DNA of 64,000 bases from positions 372,001-436,000 of the forward strand of contig NIVC01000061.1 in NCBI GenBank assembly GCA_002269645.1, written 5' to 3'. Under the pieces are notes generated by a model. The model was not told where the DNA came from. It ran no database searches and was given only the letters and a program-made list of their open reading frames with translations. Below, piece after piece: positions 13,056-23,500 of this stretch. The translations under genes were made by a program, and so were the position numbers. The stretch is from Macrostomum lignano. Its lineage: Eukaryota. Each line of letters begins with the position of its first letter. The stretch's first letter is position 1.

Positions 13056-15201
13056 ATGTCGCCGCTTCAACCCCAGCTGCTCATCCTGACTGCGCTGCTG
13101 CTCCTCCTGAGTCAACTGGACGCTTCTTCCTTCTCTGCCGCCGCCGCCGGCCGCGCCACTGCCGACGCGGTGACCGACATTCTCGACAACCTGCTGCTCA
13201 GCTACGACAAGAGCATGCGGCCGCATCACAGCGACGCTGACGGCATTGACGGGCCTCCGGTGAGCGTGAGGATCAGCATCAACATCCGCAGCATGGGCCC
13301 GATCTCCGACAAGGACATGACCTTCTCCATGGACTGCTATTTCCGCCAGCTGTGGCGCGACGCCCGACTGAACTTCAACCAGAACAGCAGCGGCTTTGCC
13401 AGCTTCCAGCTCAACGAGAAATTCTTGCACGAGATCTGGCGACCGGACACCCACTTTCTCAATGGGCACGCGTCCTACCTGCACAACATCACCTCGCCCA
13501 ATGTGCTGATCAGAATCACCAGTGCCGGAGAGATTCTCTACTCGATGCGTCTCACGATCAAGGTGAGCGGCTCAAAAAAACTGGTCAAAAATGTTTTGCT
13601 TGCTTGTCGTAAGAAGCGTTGCGCACTAGCGGCAACTGCTTAGGAAAACACTTTTATGACTGATGATGTCACTGTGTTGAGAACGACCGAGAGACTCTGC
13701 AGTCGTGATTTATTGCCTTAAATTTATTAATAGTATGTTGATTACAAACAAATTAATCCGAGGTAAAGCGGCTTAAATGCTATGGTTTATAAATTTCAGC
13801 ACTAAGCTCGCTTTTAGAGCTTAAGTTATTAAAGTTTTTTGTCGAAACTTTGAGCTCAAAAAAGTGCTCGGACCGGACGCAGCGTCGCAACATCCATTAC
13901 TAAGCTGACTGCCGCTACATCCTACAGACAGTATGAGTCACAGGTAGGTGACAGGGCAGCTCAGTGGTAAATGCGTTTTTCTTGGCCTCATCAACTGGGG
14001 CCAGCCCCCAAAGCACAGAAATTGTACATATCTGACGATTAGAAAGTCAGGGGGCAGATGTACACCCTGTGTGAGCGTGTGTGCCGTCAGCGCTGGTTGC
14101 GTGATGATGTCGCCGAATGATTTAGTGAGATTGAACTCCGTATTCTCCGCGACCCTCCCCCCCCGACAGGCGCACTGCCCCATGGACTTCCACCGCTACC
14201 CCATGGACACCCAGCACTGCCCGCTGCACATCGGAAGTCACGGCTACGCCGGCGGGGACCTGACTTACAGCTGGCGCTACGCCAGGCGCTCCATCGAGAC
14301 CGCCGCCAACTTGATGATGTCGCAGTTCGACCTGGTCAAGGTGTCCACCAGCGGGAGCGTCCGGCCGGTGGCCAGGCTGGGCAACTTTTCTGTGCTGAGC
14401 GTCAGCTTTGTGCTAAAGCGGCACGTTGGCTATTTTCTTATTCAGTTGTACCTGCCCTGCGCACTGCTTGTGGTGCTGTCCTGGTGAGGACAGGGACCGG
14501 GACAGGGGGGGGGGCACATGCGGCTGAGGAATCGAAATTAATATAAGAATATTGGAAATAAAATAGCTAGGAATCAGAGACAGATGAAGAAGCAGATGGA
14601 GAGAGGGAAAGAGTGAGAAGAGGAGAGGGAGAAGCAGAGTGGCAGAGAGGGAGAGGGAGAAAGAGTGAGTGAGGGAGAGAGGGAGAGGAAGAGAAGAAAG
14701 AATGTAGAGGGGGAGATAGGGAGAGAGAGAGGGAGAGGGAGAAGCGGAAAGGGAAGAGAAGGAGAGAGGAAGCGAGGGAGTGGGAGAGAGAGAGAGAAGG
14801 AGAAAGGAAGATAGTTAAATAAGAATACATGGAGAGAGGAGAGAGAGAGAGAGGAGAGAGAGGGGGAGAGAGGAGGAGAGAGAGGGGGAGAGAGGAGGAG
14901 AGAGAGGGGATACAGAGAGGAGAGAGGGGGAGAAAGGGAAGAGAGGAGAGAGGAAGAGAGGGAGACAGGGAGAGAGGGAGGGAGAGAGGGGAGAAAGAGG
15001 AAATTAGAGAGGAAGAGAGGGAGAGAGAGGGGTAGAGAGCGAGAGGTAGAAGGGTAAGAGAGGTCCCTAATTAATAGTATCCAGTTCTAAAGGTGAAAGA
15101 AGCTATGTTGAGGGCGCTTGAATAGAGATGGGCAGACCCAACCAGCCCTTCGGACCATCAGCTGTCAAAATGATTCCAAAGTGAGAGGTTAAAGAGAGAG
15201 T

Positions 15202-15251
<50 letters not shown>

Positions 15252-16802
15252 AGAAGGAGAAAAAAGAGAAGACAGAGAGGATGGGTTTTATTGTCTCCCG
15301 TTGCAGTCGGCCGCATTCCACAGATCAATTAAACGGCCCGAGGATCTCAGCCGCCTGCAAGGGCTTTCCACCCAGCCAGTGATTTCCCAAGTGGGAACTT
15401 TGAGTTCCTATTGGCGCCTGTGTGAATGGCTGAGCTGCTGCTCACTTGCGATTGCAAATCATCAGGCAACCCATCCAACCTTCAGGCAACCCACCCAATC
15501 TTTAGGCAACCCATCCAATCTTTAGGCAACCCATCCAATCTTCAGGCAACCCATCCAATCTTCAGGCAACCCATCCAATCATCAGGCAACCCACCCAATC
15601 TTTAGGCAACCCAATCAATCTTTAGGCAACCCATCCAATCCTCAGGCAACACATACAATCTTCAGGCAATCCACCCAATCTTTAGGCAACCCATCCAATC
15701 ATCAGGCAACCCATCCAATCTTCAGGCAACCCATCCAATCTTTAGGCAACCCATCCAATCTTCAGGCAACCCATCCAATCTTCAGGCAACTCATCCAATC
15801 TTCAGGCAACCCATCCAATCCTCAGGCAACTCATCCAATCTTCAGGCAACCCACCCAATCTTCAGGCAACCCATCCAATCATCAGGCAACCCATCCAATC
15901 TTTAGGCAACCCACCCAATCTTCAGGCAACTCATCCAATCCTCAGGCAACTCATCCAATCCTCAGGCAACTCATCCAATCCTCAGGCAACCCATCTAACC
16001 TTCAGGCAGCCCATCCAATCATCAGGCAACCCATCCGATCTCTAACTATCAGGGTGAGCTTCTGGCTGAACCGAGAGGCGACAGCGGACCGGGTGGCGCT
16101 GGGCATCACAACGGTGCTCACCATGGCCTTCCTGTTCATGGACAGCCGGGCGGACCTGCCCCGGGTGAGTTACTCCACCGCCATAGACTGGTACGTGGCC
16201 ATCTGCTTCACCTTCGTGCTCAGCACTCTGCTGCAGTTCGCCGCCGTGCACTACTTCACTAAGGCGGGTACCGGGGAGCTGTACCTGGTGCTGGACGGCG
16301 ACGGACCGCAGGCGCGTCTGCGAACAGTCGAGTCACGTGACCTGATCTGCGCCACTCAGAATGGCTCGCGGCTGCAGCTGGAGCAAATGCCCAGGTGTGC
16401 AAAAACTTCCCGCACCGTGTCTTTGCGGCAAAACTGAATAGCAGTGGCCGCCCGATTTCGAACCCCCTCAGGCAGGCCGACTTACAACAGCCGGCCTCCT
16501 TCGCTGTCGGCCCGATTCGGCATGAGCCGCCGCCATCGACTCCGGAGTCGCGGCAGGCCACCGACGACGCGGAGCCGACGGTGGCGCAGCGGCGCCGACG
16601 CCGCTGCCTCCGCGACCTGGCCGGCTGTCTACAGGGCAGCGTGGCCTACAAGGCGGCCTTCTCGGCCAGCCGGCAGGCGGAGGGCGGCCACAACTCCGTC
16701 AGCGCCATTGACCGGGTGTCGCGGGTCGGCTTCCCGGCCGCCTTCGCGCTGGTCAACGGCTGGTACTGGGCCTTCTACCTGTACTTTTACTGGACTGACT
16801 GA
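13056..16802 (+). CDS. Cys-loop ligand-gated ion channel subunit, GABA-A/GRD-like, about 497 aa; exons 13056-13562, 14170-14483, 16053-16394, 16472-16802
   Basis: Signal peptide MSPLQPQLLILTALLLLL, YDKSMRP, IWRPDTHF, Cys loop C-x13-C (CPMDFHRYPMDTQHC), TM1 YFLIQLYLPCALLVVLSW|VSFW, TM2 ATADRVALGITTVLTM, TM3, and TM4 IDRVSRVGFP. Splice phases are consistent (0,2,2). The 77-nt intron 16395-16471 joins the two ORF-track frames. Confidence 0.9.
14590..15270. repeat. GA-rich polypurine low-complexity tracts and (GA)n in receptor intron 2
   Basis: Direct reading. Confidence 0.9.
15462..16037. repeat. 20-bp minisatellite (AGGCAACCCATCCAATCTTC) in receptor intron 2
   Basis: Tandem periodicity of 20, about 28 copies, ending about 15 nt before the acceptor. 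Confidence 0.95.
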
Positions 16803-17088
16803 CTGGGCACTGGGCCTTCTACCTGTACTTTTACTGGACTGTTTCGCGTTTTCATTTTCGTTTCGTAGAGACAAACAACAGAGAAGTATGCAACGAAATT
16901 GAACAAAAGGATAATCCCTTGATATTTCACTGTGTTACCATATGAGTAGTGCAGTGAGGCTTTTTTTATTTCTGGGTATGAAAATTCAAAACATATCTTC
17001 CTTCATGCGACGGCCATGAAAGATACTCAGGTGCACCCTCTACATGCAGTTCACCAGTTTTATAATCAGCCGCTCTACCTGTCGATCA

Positions 17089-17250
17089 GTCACCTACCTG
17101 TCCCCCAGTCACCCTACCTGTCCCCCAGTCACCCTACCTGTCCCCCAGTCACCTTACCTGTCCCCCAGTCACCCCTACCTGTCCCCCCCAGTCACCTTAC
17201 CTGTCCCCCAGTCACCTTACCTGTCCCCCAGTTACCCTACCTGTCTCCCA
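17089..17250. repeat. 20-bp minisatellite (CCTACCTGTCCCCCAGTCAC)
   Basis: Tandem periodicity of 20. Confidence 0.9.
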
Positions 17251-17784
17251 GACACCCTACAGAAGACACACATGGTGTAGCCCAGCCTATTAAAGATACC
17301 ATATTCGCCAGCTCCGCGGGTGTCTTTCTGAAAAGCTAATACAATGCAAAACAGAGAGTCTGTGCAGACATGGCTTGCCGATAATTGCCGCTCTCTGAGC
17401 TGATCAGCCGATTGAATACCGGCAGAGGGGAGACAATGGAAATATGGAGCTGCGCTGCAGTGAGCCAATGTGCATTTAGCGATTTCAGTGCACAGATAGG
17501 CAAGCGCAGTAGCTTATTTTCTACCCTTGGCTGCTCATCTTTCACTGGCTGATTTCGGAGCATTGGAACGAGACAAAGGGACTCATTTTCGCTGAATAAA
17601 TAGAAGCAGCAGCGTCTCCTAGCGACGGGACTCGAGGCTCGAGTCATCATTGCCGAATTTACCTTCTGCAGACGGCAGCCTGAGAAAATTATATGCAGTT
17701 GCATTGGGAGACAGACAGACGGACACAACAAATCAAAAGTACCGCATTCCAAGGCAGCACTTTGAAGTCAGTCAGTAGCCCAGC

Positions 17785-18591
17785 ATGCTTCCCAGACGGC
17801 CAACGCTCAGACGGAGTCCTTACAGCGTGCACAGAGTAATCGAGGAGACAACTAACCTGGACTACGACACGGAAAAGATGTCCCTGGCAGAGTACATCGA
17901 GCTGAGACGCCAGATGCGTCTGGTGAGTTGTAATGCTCGCCATGTACCTTAGTACATATATTGCAATAGAAGATTAGACTCCAGGATTGAGCCTACATTC
18001 CAATAAGTGATTGTTAACTTTACATCTCGAAATACCGTACATTAATTGGCCGGGAGAAAGTTTCCAATTTACATTCACTGGCTAACCGAGCGGGGTGTAA
18101 TAAAAAAGGTGAGATCCTGTGTACAAATGTACACTGACAGCCGCAGTCGGATGATAAGAAGACAGTCAGTTCAGTTTAGTTAATGAGTGACCTCGGGAAT
18201 CACATGGTATTATGGTACTATTACTAATTCCGGACGATTGGCTCAGTAGCAGTCACGTGACAAATATCTCGTCCAATAGAAACAGCCGGGCGATTCCCAA
18301 CTTCAAGGCCGCCAGTAGACAGCACACAAAAATGCAGATTAGCTCGCACTGTACTGTATGCACTGCACAGAATGCGGCACAAAACGTGCACATCGTCCGC
18401 ATGGAGACGGCCAGCAGTCTGCGATCGCGGCCCTCCTACCGGACGCTGCCGCCTCTGCCGCCGCCACCGAAACCCCAACAGCCAATGCCGTTTAACGACG
18501 ACGACAAAGACGATGAAGAAGAAGACGAAGAAGAAGACGAAGAAGAAGAAAGCGACGAAGAGGACGACAGCGATGAAGAGGCCGAAAAAGT

Positions 18592-18639
<48 letters not shown>

Positions 18640-19012
18640 AGCAGCTAGTCGCTACATCTCGAAGCCGCGGAGGCAGCAGCGTCAGTCGCGCCTGCCCGTC
18701 GCTGTTTGGCGCCTGGCCGCCGCCTCGGCCAACGAGCCGCTGCTGATGCCGCCGGACGTCAGCCGGCTGCTGCAGCTGCTGGAGGCGTCGATCGAGCTGG
18801 ACTTGGCGAGCATCCGCGGCGGCCAGCAGCAGCCGCTGCCTCTCGGCGAGGCCGGCCTCCGCGCCGACGCCCGGTTCGCCGCGGTGCGGCTCATCCAACA
18901 GCCGGAGTTCCAGCAAAGGCTGGACGACTTCTTGGCCAACTGCGGCGGCGGCGGACACGGAGGCAAAGGCGGATTCTATGAGATGTGCGTCAGGCTATCA
19001 AGCCAGCTGTGA
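17785..19012 (+). CDS. Hypothetical two-exon protein, about 259 aa; exons 17785-17922 and 18371-19012; acidic tract and poly-Q
   Basis: Exon 1 (MLPRRPTLRRSPYSVHRVIEETTNLDYDTEKMSLAEYIELRRQMRL) ends at CTG|GTGAGT. It joins in phase 0 to TGCACAG|AAT within the GC3-rich ORF 18212-19012. No recognisable domain. Confidence 0.55.
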
Positions 19013-19184
19013 CCCTCCGGTTTCTAACTTTGAACCGCGCATAAAAGTTTTTCTCTCGGAAGAAGTATATTCCGCAACGCTATTAAAAGCAACAATAAAA
19101 TATACACACAAGAGCCAGGATTGAAGAGCGACACTTGCAACTCAACTGTGGGATCTGGGATCGCTAATCGGGACTGTGAACTCC

Positions 19185-19900
19185 GGGATCTGGGAGTGTG
19201 ACATCCGGGATCTGGGAGTGTGACATCCGGGATCTGGGAGTGTGACATCCGGGATATGGGAGTGTGACATCCGGGATCTGGGAGTGTGACATCCGGGATC
19301 TGGGAGTGTGACACCCTGGATCTGGGAGTGTGACATCCGGGATCTGGGAGTGTGACATCCGGGATCTGGGAGTGTGACACCCTGGATCTGGGAGTGTGAC
19401 ATCCGGGATCTGGGAGTGTGACATCCGGGATCTGGGAGTGTGACATCCGGGATCTGGGAGTGTGACACCCTGGATCTGGGAGTGTGACATCCGGGATCTG
19501 GGAGTGTGACATCCGGGATCTGGGAGTGTGACATCCTGGATCTGGGAGTGTGACATCCGGGATCTGGGAGTGTGACATACGGTATCTGGGAGTGTGACAT
19601 CCGGGATCTGGGAGTGTGACATACGGGATCTGGTGGTGTGACATCCGGGATCTGGAAGTGTGACACTAAGGATCTGGGAGTGTGACACCAGGGATCTGGG
19701 AGTGTGACATCTGGGATCTGGGAGTGCGACATCCTGGATCTGGGAGTGTGACATCCGGGATCTGGGAGTGTGACATACGGGATCTGGGAGTGTGACACCC
19801 TGGATCTGGTGGTGTGACATCCGGGATCTGGGAGATGACATCCGGTATCTGGGAGTGTGACATCCGTGATCTGGGAGATGACATCCGGTATCTGGGAGTG
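19185..19900. repeat. 22-bp minisatellite (GGGATCTGGGAGTGTGACATCC)
   Basis: Tandem periodicity of 22, about 32 copies, lying between convergent genes. Confidence 0.95.
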
Positions 19901-20543
19901 TGCCATGGGTGATCTGGAACCTTTCAGCAAAGAAAAACAACTGCAATATTTAAACAAGTTAGCAAAAGTCAATTTAGCAACAACGAACAAGTGCAAAAAA
20001 GCTTATCTTGTATATAATTTTTAAGTCAGTTACACTGGCTCAACTCTGCCTGCCGGGCACAGCCATCGAGCAGAAACGGTCGGTAAGCATGGGAAATATG
20101 GTTAAGTACTGCGCTAAAATAAATTATCTCCAGGTGCAATTAAACAACAATGAATTAATATGTAATAAAAACTTTAACTGGATGTAAGCAGAGAATTAAA
20201 TCAACGGAATAACAAGGATACTAGAGACAAACACCTGTGTAACGCAAGAGTAATTATCAAACGCGGACACCGAGAAAAGATGACTGCGCAGCATCGCACA
20301 GGCGCATGTAATCAATAAATAACTGCATAAGCATACTTAAACAACGCTGACCCCAGAGACCATAAATTAGTTTGTTAACATTACTGAAATACTACTCGTA
20401 GATTGTCAAAATATTTCATAACAGTGAGGACAGCACAACACAGCTAATAAACATATTGATATGAGAATCAATCAAAACTCTAAAATTAAAACCTAATATG
20501 AAAAAAACTTTCTCTCAAACTCTGCCGCCCGCGCGAGCTCGAC

Positions 20544-23500
20544 TTAATCTTCGGCGGCGAGCAGGCGCTCCATGCCGTGCAGAGTGTTGGTCATGGCTCG
20601 AATCTCGGCCTGCTTGACCACAATGATGGTCCAGACCAGGAAGAAAATGTAGATGGAATCGGCGACAATAATGGGCAGGCCGAGGAAGCCGGCGCCGAGA
20701 AGATTGCTGGATTGAAAAAATCAGAGATGGCAAGCTTGTGAGCTACTATTAGTAGAGAAAACAAAAAAACTGCATTAATTTTTTTAACTACTCATAGTAA
20801 AAAACCCAAAAATTAAAAAATGTTGAAATAAAAAATACTTTACTTACAGTAAAAACGTTAATTAAAATTATAATTAAAATTAAACATTTACCTTTGGTCT
20901 CTCATTTCTGCTTTCAATCACTTCGGGTCTCTCATTTCTGCTTTCAATCACTTCGGGTCTCTCATTTCTGCTTTCAATCACTTCGGGTCTCTCATTTCTG
21001 GCCTCACTCACTTCCGGTTTCTTATTTCTGGCCTCACTCACTTCCGGTTTCTTATTTCTGGCCTCACTCACTTCCGGTTTCTTATTTCTGTCCTCACTTA
21101 CTTCCGGTTTCTTATTTCTGGCCTCACTCACTTCCGGTTTCCTATTTCTGGCCTCAGTCACTTCCGGTTTCCTATTTCTGCTTTCAAACACTTCCGGTCT
21201 CTCATTTCTGGTCTCATTCACTTCCGGTCTCTCAGTTCTGCTTTCAATCACTTCCGGTCTCTCATTTTTGGTGTCCTTCACCTGGTTTCTCATTTCTGGC
21301 CTTATTCACTTCCGGTCCCTCATTACTCAATCTCCATTCTCTCATTTTTGATCTGATCGGACTTGCGTCTTCGGTGATTTCGGAGACTGTCAAAATTTTC
21401 TTTATTGCTATATAAGCTACTTTTAGTAGTTTCGAAATGCTTTAAATATAAGCAAATTCATGACACTAACTTAGCTACTCATAGTAGAGTAGTGTAAGAC
21501 TTTGCATACCTAGCACAGAACAGCAGCACCAGAGCGAGCAGGAGGCAGCCGGCAAAGTAGATCCGGTCCCGTTTGGCGGCGGAGACGCCCTCTTGCATAA
21601 CTGGCAGGCAGCGGGTCAGCAGGTCGCGCCTGGCGGCCAGGTTGGGGCCCAGAATGGCCGGTTGCGTGACCGATCGGGTCAGCTCAAACTCGGCCTGGAC
21701 CGCCTCGTGGTCCGAATAGTTGTAAGACTGGCCGGGCACCTGCGAATGGGAAGAGAAGATGGGGAACTTTTTAGTTTTATCTACATTACGGACGACGTAA
21801 ATCCGATCAGAAATGAGAGAACGGAGATTGAGTAAAACTAAAAATGAGGGACCGGAAGTGAGTGAGGCCAGAAATGAGAAACCGGAAGTTTTGAAAGCAG
21901 AAATAAGAAACTGGAAGTGAGTGAGGCCAGAACTGAGGGACCGGAAGTGACTGAGGCCAGAAATAGGAAACCGGAAGTGAGTGAGGCCAGAAATAAGAGA
22001 CCGGAAGTGATTTAAAGCAGAACTGAGAGACCGGAAGTAAGTGAGGCCAGAAATAAGAAACCGGAAGTGAGTGAGACCAGAAATGAGAAACCGGAAGTGA
22101 TTGAAAGCAGAAATGAGAAACCGGAAGTGAGGCCAGAAATGAGAGACCGGAAGTGAGTGAAAGTAGAAATGGCAGACACAGGAAAATAGTTAAAAAGAGA
22201 ACCGAGAGAGACTGGAAGCGGGGGAGAAAAGGAACCGGAAGTGGTGGACAAAAAGACAGTATTTAAGACACAGCGCCAGCACCTTTCCCAGGGCCAGCCG
22301 GCAGTCCAGACAGTCAATTCGAGTCCCGGCTGTACTGCCAAACAACACGTAGTCCAGGCGCTCTGGGAACGGCTTCAGCTTGCTGGTGAACGAGTTGCCA
22401 GGGCGATCGCAGGTGACGCCCTCTTTGTCTTCGCAGGCGGCGGCGCCTGAGGGGTAGCGATAGTCGTTTCAGAGTGGTTGCAGGTAAGACAGGTAAAATA
22501 GGAAAGAAGTGACTCGGGACAACTCTCAAACGACGAGATTTGCCAAAAAGTCGTTAAAGAGTCGCTTTAAAGAGACGTTTTTATTGTCTGCTACTCTGAA
22601 ACGACTCTGGGGCCGTAGAGTCAGATTTGAGACGTGCTAAAGTCGCCGTAGAATCGCTGAGTTGCGTCTAAAGCGCACCTGCGTCACTTGATGAATCAGA
22701 ATCGCATTTAGTCTGCTTGAGTTAGTAGCAAGTTGAGCGACTCTTTTACGATTCTACAACTCACGTGATGCGCTCACGTGACTCAATAGTCGCATTAGAG
22801 CCAGGTGCACTCACACTCACACTGGGTGTACAGCTGCCCATTGACTGTCTAATCGTCAGGCATGTACACTCCGTATGTGTTAGACGCATTTGAAGGGCAC
22901 TCACCAGCGTGCTCAACCCAAGCATCCTTGAGCCCGGAGTTCGCCAGCAGCAGGCGCAGTCCCAGGGTGTCGGGGCTGAGGTTCAAATCGCCGCACAGCA
23001 GGGCAGCGTCGGCCCCGGCGCTGGTCAGCCGCAGGAAGGTGCTCAACTCGTGCGCCTGGGACACGCGGTGGGGCAGGTACTCGTCCTTCTCCCGGCTGTA
23101 CTGCGCGTGCAGATGGGTGACGTAGCAGGCCAGGGTGAGGTCGCCGGGCAGGCGGATCCGCGCCATGCCGACGCCCTTGCCGCCGAACCAGTCGCCGTGT
23201 TGCAGGCGGTGCGGGAAGCCGTTGGCTGCGTAGCGGTAGAAGAAGGTCTCCTCTATGGGGTAGCGGCTGAAGATGCAGCAGCCGCTGCCGATCAGGTTGC
23301 TGGGGATTGGGGCAGGCGGAAACAGAGAGTAATAAGAGTCAACTCAAGTCTCACTACTAAAAAAAGTAGTCTGGCTAAGCGAGGCCTGTAAAATTGTTAG
23401 GAAACTGTAGAAACTAAAAAAATCCTAATCAGATTTTTTTGAAAGATGTACGGGAAATTCGCATTTGATTTCATTGGGAATCTGCCGAGATCTCGCCGTA

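Noticed and set aside
16395-16471. Apparent frameshift in the receptor TM3-TM4 loop
   Set aside because: Explained by a phase-consistent 77-nt GT-AG intron.
22540-22800. Short inverted repeat AAAGAGTCGC/GCGACTCTTT in SMPD2 intron 4
   Set aside because: Only 10 bp in a degenerate AGTCG-rich stretch, with no TSD or defined ends.
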